Assembly: GCA_947482115.1 (NCBI GenBank)
Contig: CANKII010000004.1
Span: 221,630-253,629, forward strand
DNA: 32,000 bases
Origin: Fibrobacterota bacterium
GTDB lineage: Bacteria; Fibrobacterota; Fibrobacteria; UBA11236
Direction of reading: 5' to 3'
Shown: one piece after another, positions 8,381-16,752 of the stretch
Layout: each line of letters opens with the position of its first letter
How positions within the stretch are numbered: the first letter of the stretch is position 1
Notes under the pieces: generated by a model
The model's input: only the letters and a program-made list of their open reading frames with translations
Told to the model about the DNA's origin: nothing
Database searches by the model: none
Program-made: the position numbers and the translations under genes

Positions 8381-11300
8381 TTATGCCACGACGTAAATGC
8401 GTGCTTGTTCGCCTTCAACATCCATATCGCAAAAAACCGCGCCCTCACCCGACTCATCAAAGCGGACGGAGGACGCCAAAACCTCGGCGGAAATATAAGT
8501 TAGATGGGCTTCCAGCGCTTGACGAAGCAGGGGTGTTGAACCTTTTAACAAGACGGAAACAGTGTCCGTCACGGCCAGCCCGGCCTCCTTGCGCAAGTTT
8601 TGGATTCGGCTGATGGTTTCCCGGGCCAGCATCTCTAATCGCAAGGCTTCGTCCACCACGGTATCCAGCGCCACCGTCAATTCCGGAGTAGCGGTGACCG
8701 CCAAATCGGGCGATACTTCACGGACAACTTGCAGGTCTTCCGCTGTTAAAGTCACTTCTCCCAAGTCCAAAGGCCGGCCTTCCAGAATGGCTTGGATATC
8801 GTCATGGCCAAGCTGGGCAATCTTGTCGGCCACAGGCTTCATATTTTTGCCCAAACGCGAACCCAAGGTTTTGAAATTGGCTTTGGCTTTATACTTCACG
8901 AAGGAAGACTCATCCAGAGTGACTTCCACGGACTTCACGTTCAGTTCATCGCGGATCAAATCTTCAAAAGAAACCATCCACTTGCGCTGCTCTTCCCCTC
9001 GCACCACGACAATCAATTGCTTTAAGGGCTGGCGATTCTTGATATTCCGTTCGGCGCGCAAGGTTCGACCCAGATTCACAGCCTGACGGGCCAACGCCAT
9101 CTTGGCGTTCAAGGTTTCGTCGAACAGGGCTGGGTCGAAAACAGGGTAATCGCAATGATGAACGGAAACGGTTGTGGCGGATACCGGTTCACGAACCAAG
9201 ATCTGATAAATCTCTTCCGACAAAAACGGAAGAAAGGGCGCGAGAACTTTGGAGAAATCCACAAGGATCCGGTACAACGTGGCATAAGCCCCGTTCTTGT
9301 CCTGATCATTTTCCGATTTCCAGAAACGGCGGCGCGAACGGCGGATGTACCAGTTGGTGAGATCATCCACAAATTCCACCAAGGCAGGAACGACATTATA
9401 AAGCCGATAGGCTTCCATCTCGACTTTAACACGGCTCAACAGCGATTGCAGATCGGAAAGAATCCAGCGGTCGAGTTCATTCTGTGAAACCAAATCCTGA
9501 CCGGGTTTCCAGGTCAGTTGGCCTTTGGATGCATCGGCATTTGCATAAGTGGTAAAGAGCGACAGGGAGTTCCACAACGGTAGCAGCACTGCGCGCACAA
9601 TGTTCTTCACTCCAACTTCGGAAAATTTGAGCTCTTCGCCTTTCACAGCGGCGGAGTCGATCATGAACAACCGCACCGCATCCGCTCCGACACGGTTGAT
9701 CAACTCATTCGGATCGGGATAATTGCGCAAACGCTTGCTCATCTTCTGGCCGTCTTCCGCCAGAATGATGCCGTTCACAATCACGTTCTTCATCGCGGGC
9801 TTTTGGAACAAGGCTGCGGAAAGCACGGTCAGCGTATAGAACCAGCCGCGCGTTTGATCCAAGCCCTCAGCGATGAAATCCGCCGGGAAAGATGCCTCGA
9901 AGACTTCGCGATTCTCGAAAGGATAATGGTTCTGCGCATACGGCATGGAACCGGATTCAAACCAGCAGTCGAGTACTTCGGGCGTGCGCTTGTAGGACTT
10001 GCCTTTGGCATTGAAGGTTTTTTTGTCCGATGTTTTCAGGACGATTTCATCCACGATGTGTTTGTGCAAATCTTCCACGTGAATTCCGGAAAGCGCTTCC
10101 AGTTCTTCGCGGCTGCCCACGCAAATCATGTCGCCGTCTTCTGCGATCCAAACCGGAATACAGGTTCCCCAAAAGCGATTGCGGGAAAGATTCCAGTCGC
10201 GCGCACCATCCAGCCATTTTCCGAAACGTCCATCGCGAATATGTTCCGGCACCCAGCGGATTTGCTGATTGCTGTCGATCATCCATTGCTTCAAAGTTTT
10301 GGTTACTGCGGGCCCTTCGACAGGCTCAGGGACCGCAGTAAGCTCCTTATCCAACGCGAGGAACCAATTCTTCTGCGCTCGATATAGCAGTGGCACATCA
10401 GTACGCCAGCAATGCGGATAGCTATGCTCAAATGTTTCGTGTTTGAAAATCCGGTTCTGGGATTTGAGATGATGGATAATGCTCTTGTCAGCATCCTTCG
10501 CTCCGACCGAAGTCCATTCGGGAACGAGATGCGTGAATTTCCCCTCGGCGTCCAGTGGATCGAAAAGACCCAGACTCTCCTTCATGCCGAGCTGGAAATC
10601 CTCTTCGCCAAAACTCGGTGCGATATGCACGGCACCCGTGCCATCGGAATCGCTGACGAAATCCGCAGCCAGCAAAGTGTATTGCCGTTCGCTCATATAC
10701 GGAGCGTATTCAAACAAAGGCTTGTAACGGCGGCCCAACAAGGCCTTCCCCATTACCTTATCCAACACCGGATCGTTTTCACCGAAATAAGACAACCGTC
10801 GCGACTCGGCGATCCAGTATTTCTTTTCCTGATGCGACACCAGGGTGTATTCCAGATCCTCTTTGATCGCGATGGCGAGGTTGCTCGGCAAAGTCCATGG
10901 CGTCGTCGTCCACACCAGCAGCACTTCGTCGGAACCTTCCAACGGAAAGCTGACGGTGATGGAAGGATCCTGCCGCATGCGATAGCCCTGATTGACTTCG
11001 AAGTTGCTGAGCGACGTCGCGAGCGCGGGGCTGTAGGGTTGAATGCGGTAGCCCTGATAAATGAGGCCCTTGTCGAAACATTGTTTGAACACCCACCACA
11101 CGGATTCCATGAAGGAGAGATCCATGGTTTTGTATTCGTTGTCGAAATCGACCCAGCGGCCCATGCGCGAAACGGTGCGGCGCCATTCCTGCGTGTACTT
11201 CAACACTCCGGCGCGGCAGGCTTCGTTGAAATTCCCGACGCCGTGGTTCTGGATGTCGCGCACGGTGTTCAGGCCGAGTTGATCCTGGATGATGTTTTCG

Positions 11301-11575
11301 ATGGGCAGGCCGTGGCAGTCCCAGCCGAAGCGGCGCTCGACACGGAAACCCTTCATGGTCCAGTAGCGCGGGACAATGTCCTTGATGGTTCCGGCGAGGA
11401 GATGGCCGTAATGCGGAAGCCCGGTCGCAAACGGTGGACCATCATTAAAGACGAAGCTTTTTTCCGCGGGCCGGCGGCTGACGCTTTCGCGAAAAGCATT
11501 ATCCTTTTCCCACAGCGCGAGAATGCGCTCTTCGAGCGAAGGGAACGAGGCGTCGGAATCTATGGGACGGAACAT
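8381..11575 (-). CDS. ileS: isoleucine--tRNA ligase (long, type-2 form, 1064 aa)
   Basis: The HIGH motif is PHYGHLLAG and the KMSKS motif is GQKMSKRLRNYPDP. The WDCHGLP, TTTPWTLPSN and DQTRGWFYT blocks are present. Confidence 0.97.
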   Translation of the reverse strand: MFRPIDSDASFPSLEERILALWEKDNAFRESVSRRPAEKSFVFNDGPPFATGLPHYGHLLAGTIKDIVPRYWTMKGFRVERRFGWDCHGLPIENIIQDQLGLNTVRDIQNHGVGNFNEACRAGVLKYTQEWRRTVSRMGRWVDFDNEYKTMDLSFMESVWWVFKQCFDKGLIYQGYRIQPYSPALATSLSNFEVNQGYRMRQDPSITVSFPLEGSDEVLLVWTTTPWTLPSNLAIAIKEDLEYTLVSHQEKKYWIAESRRLSYFGENDPVLDKVMGKALLGRRYKPLFEYAPYMSERQYTLLAADFVSDSDGTGAVHIAPSFGEEDFQLGMKESLGLFDPLDAEGKFTHLVPEWTSVGAKDADKSIIHHLKSQNRIFKHETFEHSYPHCWRTDVPLLYRAQKNWFLALDKELTAVPEPVEGPAVTKTLKQWMIDSNQQIRWVPEHIRDGRFGKWLDGARDWNLSRNRFWGTCIPVWIAEDGDMICVGSREELEALSGIHVEDLHKHIVDEIVLKTSDKKTFNAKGKSYKRTPEVLDCWFESGSMPYAQNHYPFENREVFEASFPADFIAEGLDQTRGWFYTLTVLSAALFQKPAMKNVIVNGIILAEDGQKMSKRLRNYPDPNELINRVGADAVRLFMIDSAAVKGEELKFSEVGVKNIVRAVLLPLWNSLSLFTTYANADASKGQLTWKPGQDLVSQNELDRWILSDLQSLLSRVKVEMEAYRLYNVVPALVEFVDDLTNWYIRRSRRRFWKSENDQDKNGAYATLYRILVDFSKVLAPFLPFLSEEIYQILVREPVSATTVSVHHCDYPVFDPALFDETLNAKMALARQAVNLGRTLRAERNIKNRQPLKQLIVVVRGEEQRKWMVSFEDLIRDELNVKSVEVTLDESSFVKYKAKANFKTLGSRLGKNMKPVADKIAQLGHDDIQAILEGRPLDLGEVTLTAEDLQVVREVSPDLAVTATPELTVALDTVVDEALRLEMLARETISRIQNLRKEAGLAVTDTVSVLLKGSTPLLRQALEAHLTYISAEVLASSVRFDESGEGAVFCDMDVEGEQARIYVVA
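10303..10341 (+). repeat. palindromic loop-conserved element, copy 1, in frame inside ileS
   Basis: TTACTGCGGGCCCT-TCGACAGGCTC-AGGGACCGCAGTAA has 14-nt arms with one G.A mismatch. It is read on the minus strand as ...LTAVPEPVEGPAVT... of IleRS. Confidence 0.8.
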
Positions 11576-11738
11576 GGTGTCTTTTCCAGAAAGGGAAGAA
11601 AATTAGCCTCTTTTTACCTGTTTATATTTCCTCAATATGCTCGAAGTCATAGAAATCATAGTACAGCCCTAAAACAGGCATAGGATGGGTGGAAGAGCGA
11701 GCGATGAAACAGGCAAATAGGTAGTGTAGAATGAAAAT

Positions 11739-12770
11739 ATGAATACGCAAGAAATCAAAAAAGATTTGACTGAAAATGCCTTAAAGTTTTTGACTCAATC
11801 AATCAACGAATTTGACGAAAATCTACAGTTTTCCGTCATCCACTTTTTCTCTTCTATAGAACTTTTTTTTAAGGCTCGATTACTGGATGAACATTGGACT
11901 CTGCTATATGAAAAGCCTGAAGAGGCGCAGAGTGGAAATTTCTTAATGGGCGACTTTAAGTCTGTCACCTTAAGCTCCTCTATCAAAAGGCTTCGAAACA
12001 TTTCCCAGGCAGGCATAACGCAGGCAGAGGAACAATGCTTTCAGAAAATACGACTCCATAGAAATAAGGCGTTGCACTTTTTCCACACATTTCATAGGCC
12101 GGATCTCGCTTCATTAAAGGAGGAGATAATTTCGTTACAATGCCAAGGCTGGCAGTTTTTATATGACCTTCTTCTGAAGAAATGGGATCCGCATTTTTCA
12201 GATTTTCGCGAAAGGGTATATGAATGTCATCATCTAATGCTCGGTCAAAGAAAATATCTGACGAAAAAATTTGAACTGAAGAAAAGCGAGATTGAGTTCG
12301 CTAAAACTTCGGGAATTGAGGTGAATGTATGCAGAATTTGTGGATTTCAGTCGAGCTTGCTTCGTGAAATTTTAGGGCCCCTATTTCAAGGTGATTGTAT
12401 CGTCTGTGAAAAATGCGTGACTTTAATAACGGTCACATGCCCAAGGTGTTCAGGCAAAATTTATAGCTATGAGATGGGAGAGGGTGTTTGCGGTTCTTGC
12501 TCCGAAAAAGTCGATTTGGCCTATATGAAAGAACATCTTGACGAAGATTGCACATCTTTGAGCGATCTCGCAGCAGGAGAAGGTGGGGCTGCGTATTGTT
12601 CACTCTGTGAGTTCCGTGAAGAATGCGTGATTGAAATTCAAGAGGAATATCTTTGTCTAAATTGCCATACCATATTCAAGGATTTTTATCGATGTGGTTC
12701 ATGTTATTCTAGAGTTTCTGGAGAAGATGATTTTAGCGTTATGAATGGGTGTCCTGGCTGCTTTTATTGA
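11739..12770 (+). CDS. hypothetical protein: HEPN-like (DUF4145-like) N-domain with an R-N-x3-H motif, fused to a C-terminal module with eight CxxC pairs
   Basis: A long ORF sits in a visibly AT-rich stretch. The N-terminal helical region contains QKIRLHRNKALHFFH (Rx4H). The C-terminal half has CRIC, CIVC(EKC), CPRC, CGSC, CSLC, CLNC, CGSC and CPGC. I recognise no family for the whole protein. Confidence 0.6.
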   Translation: MNTQEIKKDLTENALKFLTQSINEFDENLQFSVIHFFSSIELFFKARLLDEHWTLLYEKPEEAQSGNFLMGDFKSVTLSSSIKRLRNISQAGITQAEEQCFQKIRLHRNKALHFFHTFHRPDLASLKEEIISLQCQGWQFLYDLLLKKWDPHFSDFRERVYECHHLMLGQRKYLTKKFELKKSEIEFAKTSGIEVNVCRICGFQSSLLREILGPLFQGDCIVCEKCVTLITVTCPRCSGKIYSYEMGEGVCGSCSEKVDLAYMKEHLDEDCTSLSDLAAGEGGAAYCSLCEFREECVIEIQEEYLCLNCHTIFKDFYRCGSCYSRVSGEDDFSVMNGCPGCFY

Positions 12771-12918
12771 TGCAACAACTCAAGATGTTAACATAAGGAA
12801 CAGAAAAACTGTCTCCACTTGGCCAATACCGTTTAAGCCACCATTTCTCTCAAATCCTGCTGAAAAAGCACTGAAAATCCGGCTTGCTCCTTCCATCGAA
12901 TAGGATTACCTTAAATAC

Positions 12919-13137
12919 ATGATGAAGGCGAAAGAAGTCGAAAAGCTTGCGCTGGAGCTGCCCGAAGAGCAAAGAGCCGCGCTCGCTGCCCATATTCTGG
13001 ATTCCCTCCCCCCGCTTTTGACTGACGAAGATGAAGGCCTTGCGGAAGCCCTGCGAAGAGACGCAGAAATGAATTCCAATCCAACTATCGGAATATCCCT
13101 GCAGGATTTCGATCGGCGGATTCGCCAGCGTAAGTGA
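12919..13137 (+). CDS. type II antitoxin, 'putative addiction module component' family (PF09720-like)
   Basis: MMKAKEVEKLALELPEEQRAALAAHILDSL...EALRRDAEM matches the L.LP..ER..LA..LL.SL pattern of this family. Its stop overlaps the toxin start as GTGA. Confidence 0.75.
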   Translation: MMKAKEVEKLALELPEEQRAALAAHILDSLPPLLTDEDEGLAEALRRDAEMNSNPTIGISLQDFDRRIRQRK

Positions 13138-13433
13138 CCTTGAAGGTCGCCTTCCACCCGAAAGTTTTTTCGGAGGTGGATGCGATTCTTTCCTACTACG
13201 AACAGATTTCCCACTCCACGCTTGCTGCGGATTTTTACGAAGAGTTTCTTTGGTTTGTTCGCAAAGCCGCGGAGCAACCCGATATTTACAGCCTTCAGGC
13301 AGGGAGTTTACGCAGAGTGAATCTAAGCCGCTTCCCTTACAACTTTCTGTTTCGAATCCTAGATGACCATATTCGAATTCTTGTGGTTCGGCATCACGCC
13401 AGAAAACCGTCTTATGGAACCGGAAGGGCTTAG
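13134..13433 (+). CDS. type II toxin, RelE/ParE superfamily
   Basis: It is 99 aa. ...LRRVNLSRFPYNFLFRILDDHIRILVVRHHARKP is the characteristic ParE/RelE C-terminus. A 4-nt overlap with the upstream antitoxin suggests translational coupling. Confidence 0.8.
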   Translation: MTLKVAFHPKVFSEVDAILSYYEQISHSTLAADFYEEFLWFVRKAAEQPDIYSLQAGSLRRVNLSRFPYNFLFRILDDHIRILVVRHHARKPSYGTGRA

Positions 13434-13470
13434 TCTCCCCGATTTCAGGACAAAGACCTAATTTTTTGGC

Positions 13471-14046
13471 ATGAGCAGCGAAAAGATTATTCTCGAACCG
13501 AACGAAGACGGGGTTTACGTTCCCAGCGGTGCGGCAGCGGACAACTCAAGTTCCCCCGGAAAACGACTTTTCAAGTCCATGGGCCGAGTGATCATCGGAC
13601 TTGGTTTGTTGACCGGGTTGATGCTGCTGATTCTCATGTTCGTCAAAGGCGGCGTATGGGTGGGGGAACAAGCCTATCCCCTGCTGGCCTCCATTTCCAA
13701 ACTCGCTTTATTCCTCACCATCTTCATTCTCACACCCCTCGCCTATTTCAAACCCACCCGAAGTTTCGCGGGTCTCGGCATTTACTTCGCTTCATACGTC
13801 TTCGGATTGACCCTTTGGGTATGGAGCTTAATCCTGACCTACAATCTCTGGGGCATTTTCGCCGTCATCATCGGTCTGTTCTTCGCGGGCCTCGGCATTG
13901 TGCCGGTGGCGCTGCTGGCAACGCTCTTCAGCGGAAAGCTATCCACCTTCGGCGAACTGCTTCTGCTCATGGCTTTTGTGCCTATCTGCCGGATGTTCGG
14001 CATCTTCATGGTGGCCAAGGCCACCGCGCTTCGCAATTCACGCTAG
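13471..14046 (+). CDS. integral membrane protein, function unknown
   Basis: It is 191 aa with about five hydrophobic spans: VIIGLGLLTGLMLLILMFV, LALFLTIFILTPLAYF, GLGIYFASYVFGLTLWVWSLIL, IFAVIIGLFFAGLGIVPVALLATLF and LLLLMAFVPICRMFGIFMV. I recall no family for it. Confidence 0.55.
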   Translation: MSSEKIILEPNEDGVYVPSGAAADNSSSPGKRLFKSMGRVIIGLGLLTGLMLLILMFVKGGVWVGEQAYPLLASISKLALFLTIFILTPLAYFKPTRSFAGLGIYFASYVFGLTLWVWSLILTYNLWGIFAVIIGLFFAGLGIVPVALLATLFSGKLSTFGELLLLMAFVPICRMFGIFMVAKATALRNSR

Positions 14047-14065
14047 CATTTTGGATTTTTAACCC

Positions 14066-15136
14066 GTGCCTAAAACACCCTTAGACCCGCATCACGGTCA
14101 CACGCTCGTTGTATGCCCCATTGGCCTGGGAAATTTTCTGATGGCCACTCCGGCATTAAAAGCACTGTCCAATGCATTGGGCGTAGATCGATTAAGTCTC
14201 CTCGCATTGAAACCCGGCATCACCGACATGGCACAGGCTAGCGGATTGTTCCAGAATGTTTTCACATGGGATCCGGATAGCGAAGGCTTGGACAAAGGGT
14301 TTTCTCTTTTGAATTCTTTGCGCGGCAAAAAATTCACACATAGCCTCGCGCTATTCCCCACTTCGCATTGGAAGTTCACCGTCTTCCACCGTTTGATCGG
14401 CGCGGACTTTCGCATGGGCTTTGCCTATCCGAATCAGAGCGCGCCGGAATGGGTGCAACATCGTTCACTGCCGCTCACCGATACTCACGACACGGTCCAG
14501 AACCTGCGATTAGTCGAAGCGTTTCTTGGCGCTCACACTAAAAATCCAGTCGATCCATTTTTCCCACAAACCCCAAAAACTCCCGCAGGAATTCCTTCGA
14601 CTCCATTTTTCACCTGTCATCCCGGCTCCAGCGCCGAACGCGGTATGGCGGAAAAGCGATTGCCACCGGAGCATTTTTCTTTTTTAATCCAGCGAGTATA
14701 TCGCGAAACAGGAATGCATTGTGTTCTTGTGGGAGGACCTGAAGAAAAAGAATTGCGCACTGTCGTCGCCGCCGGATGCCCCGAAGCCATCACCCACGTG
14801 GATATGCGATCCTTGGTGGAAACCGCCGGAGTATTGCAAGCCTCAAAGTTTTTTCTCGGCAATGACAGTGGTCTCATGCATCTCGCGGATGCCGTGGGAA
14901 TGCGCTGCGTTGCCTTCTTCGGCCCGACGGATGAAAAGAGAACGGGTCCATTTGGTTATTGGCAGCACATCAACGGTTCACCGCGTCATTTAATCCTGCG
15001 CCGGGAGGGCAAGCCGCCCGTCTGGACTTTGGAAACCGTAGGGTCCAACCCGCCGTTGAAAAACGGCAGCGCATCTTGGAATCTGGATTTGGATGATACG
15101 TGGGGGAAATTGAACGGATGGATTACGGCCCTGTAG
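14066..15136 (+). CDS. glycosyltransferase family 9 (LPS heptosyltransferase-like)
   Basis: LVVCPIGLGNFLMATPALKAL, HPGSSAERGMAEKRLPPEHF, and FLGNDSGLMHLADAVGMRCVAFFGPTD are GT9 hallmarks. The start codon is GTG. Confidence 0.85.
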   Translation: MPKTPLDPHHGHTLVVCPIGLGNFLMATPALKALSNALGVDRLSLLALKPGITDMAQASGLFQNVFTWDPDSEGLDKGFSLLNSLRGKKFTHSLALFPTSHWKFTVFHRLIGADFRMGFAYPNQSAPEWVQHRSLPLTDTHDTVQNLRLVEAFLGAHTKNPVDPFFPQTPKTPAGIPSTPFFTCHPGSSAERGMAEKRLPPEHFSFLIQRVYRETGMHCVLVGGPEEKELRTVVAAGCPEAITHVDMRSLVETAGVLQASKFFLGNDSGLMHLADAVGMRCVAFFGPTDEKRTGPFGYWQHINGSPRHLILRREGKPPVWTLETVGSNPPLKNGSASWNLDLDDTWGKLNGWITAL

Positions 15137-15167
15137 GGGCGTGATTCAATCACGCCCCTACAGGGCC
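15127..15167. terminator. perfect 20-bp-arm inverted repeat between convergent GT9 and ogt genes (putative bidirectional terminator)
   Basis: GGCCCTGTAGGGGCGTGATT-C-AATCACGCCCCTACAGGGCC read directly from the sequence. It overlaps the GT9 stop codon. It shares the GTAGGGGCG...CGCCCCTAC core with the hairpin at 1061-1093. Confidence 0.55.
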
Positions 15168-15169
15168 GC

Positions 15170-15646
15170 CTATAAAACACCTTCGATACGCAATAATTTC
15201 TTTTTGATATCCAATCCCCCGCTGAACCCGCCCAAACCGCCGTTCGATGCCACCACGCGATGGCAGGGAACAAATAATGGAATGGGATTGGCGCCGCAAG
15301 CCGAACCGACAGCACGGGCCGCACCGGGACTTCCAACCGCCTTGGCGATCTCGGCATAGGTTCGCGTCTTGCCCAACGGAATTTTTTCGATCTCACGCCA
15401 AACCTTGCGTTGAAAATCTGTTCCACCCCGGTTGCCATAGGCAAACTTCGGCAATGATTTTCCTTTGGAAAAGAAATCCTTCAACGCCTTCTCTTGCGAA
15501 CGAAAAGCCGAGGCGTCTTCCACCCGTTCTTTTTTCTTGGGCTGCACCTCTTTCGATTTGAGAAAGTCCAGCGCCACCAAACCCTTGTCATCCGACAACA
15601 GGCGCAAAGGGCCGATGAGTGAATTCACAACTATTGTTTGCCTCAT
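15170..15646 (-). CDS. ogt: methylated-DNA--protein-cysteine methyltransferase
   Basis: FQRKVWREIEKIPLGKTRTYAEIA...NPIPLFVPCHRVV carries the PCHR active site. Its ATG overlaps the rlmN stop as ATGA. Confidence 0.92.
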   Translation of the reverse strand: MRQTIVVNSLIGPLRLLSDDKGLVALDFLKSKEVQPKKKERVEDASAFRSQEKALKDFFSKGKSLPKFAYGNRGGTDFQRKVWREIEKIPLGKTRTYAEIAKAVGSPGAARAVGSACGANPIPLFVPCHRVVASNGGLGGFSGGLDIKKKLLRIEGVL

Positions 15647-16749
15647 GTGACCTCCAAGACCGGACCCTGAGCTTGTCGAAGGGACCGGGACAAAGCCCGA
15701 TTGCCCAATTGACCACAGGCCGCCATCGCATTATCACCTTTGGTGCCGCGAATGCGGCAATACTGACCGGCATCCGACAAGGTTTTGAAAAATTCCGTGA
15801 CTCGTTCTGGCGAAGGGCGAACGTAAGTTCCATCCAATCCCGGATTATAGGGGATGAGATTCACACAGGCATTGAGACCACGAAGATATTCGGCCAGCAT
15901 CAATGCGTGTTCGGGTGCGTCGTTCACGCCTTCAAGCAGCACATATTCCGCAAGAATGAAATCGTCGGGGTGATTCAAGGGCCAGCGCAACAGCGCATCC
16001 TTCAATTCCGACATGGACCACAGGCCATTCACTGGCATGATGGCCGCACGGATTTCGTCATTGGGTGCATTGAGCGACACCGCCAGATGCAAACGCTGCA
16101 GTCTCCCGGATGATTTGTCCGCTCCCACCAATTTTGCCAGTCGCTCAATACCAGTGACATGACCAACGGTGGAAACCGCGATGTTTTTCGCGGCGATGGC
16201 CAAACCGCGTTGATCCGTCAGAATGCGAATAGCATCGGCCACTGCATCGAAATTATCCATCGGCTCGCCCATGCCCATGAACACGATGTTTTCAACCGGT
16301 TCCCGTAATACATGACGTGCCACCATCACCTGCGCCACAATTTCCCCGGCGGTGAGATGACGGACGAATCCCATGCGGGCGGTTTCACAAAAACGGCAGC
16401 CCATTTTGCAACCCACTTGCGAGGATACGCACAACGTCTTGTATTTGCGCATGGGAATCACGACGGTTTCGCTTTCGAGTCCATCATGCAGTCGCAGCAG
16501 AAATTTGAACGTATCTCCATCGCCTTGTTTTCCTGCCAAAGGCGGAAGAGCAAAACTGAAATGTTGTTTCGCGCTTCGAGCCAAGGGCAGGTTCGCTACG
16601 AATTCCGGCAAACTCTCCGGATCAAAAACTCCGTCCCGGTACAATTTCTGGAACACGGCATCGGCGTGAAACACACCCTTGCCCAGTTTGCCATGCAATG
16701 CGGCAAACTTACGACATAATGCATCGTAAGGAAGGCTCAGAATATCCAT
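15643..16749 (-). CDS. rlmN: 23S rRNA/tRNA adenine-C2 methyltransferase RlmN (radical SAM)
   Basis: CVSSQVGCKMGCRFCETA is the CxxxCxxC cluster. NIVFMGMGEP is present, and the C-terminal AACGQL carries the catalytic Cys. The last 13 or so residues (SLRQAQGPVLEVT) are encoded by palindromic element copy 2. Confidence 0.93.
   Translation of the reverse strand: MDILSLPYDALCRKFAALHGKLGKGVFHADAVFQKLYRDGVFDPESLPEFVANLPLARSAKQHFSFALPPLAGKQGDGDTFKFLLRLHDGLESETVVIPMRKYKTLCVSSQVGCKMGCRFCETARMGFVRHLTAGEIVAQVMVARHVLREPVENIVFMGMGEPMDNFDAVADAIRILTDQRGLAIAAKNIAVSTVGHVTGIERLAKLVGADKSSGRLQRLHLAVSLNAPNDEIRAAIMPVNGLWSMSELKDALLRWPLNHPDDFILAEYVLLEGVNDAPEHALMLAEYLRGLNACVNLIPYNPGLDGTYVRPSPERVTEFFKTLSDAGQYCRIRGTKGDNAMAACGQLGNRALSRSLRQAQGPVLEVT
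15660..15688 (-). repeat. palindromic loop-conserved element, copy 2, forming the 3' end of rlmN
   Basis: CCGGACCCT-GAGCTTGTCGA-AGGGACCGG on the plus strand. The 9-bp arms have one central mismatch. The loop is the reverse complement of TCGACAAGCTC. Confidence 0.8.
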
Positions 16750-16752
16750 GAA

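Noticed and set aside
10412-11683. A 423-aa ORF on the plus strand.
   Set aside because: It is entirely antisense to the confidently identified ileS. It has Arg/Gly/His-rich low-information composition and no recognisable motifs. It is a typical shadow ORF opposite a long gene.
11576-11738. A possible T-box or attenuator leader upstream of ileS.
   Set aside because: The region between ileS and the divergent HEPN-like gene is only about 160 nt. It is AT-rich and lacks a T-box sequence (AANNNGGTGGNACCGCG-like) or a specifier-loop architecture.
13656-14084. A 142-aa alternative-frame ORF inside the membrane-protein gene.
   Set aside because: It is Arg/His/Pro-rich and overlaps the frame that yields clean transmembrane helices. 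It is judged non-coding.
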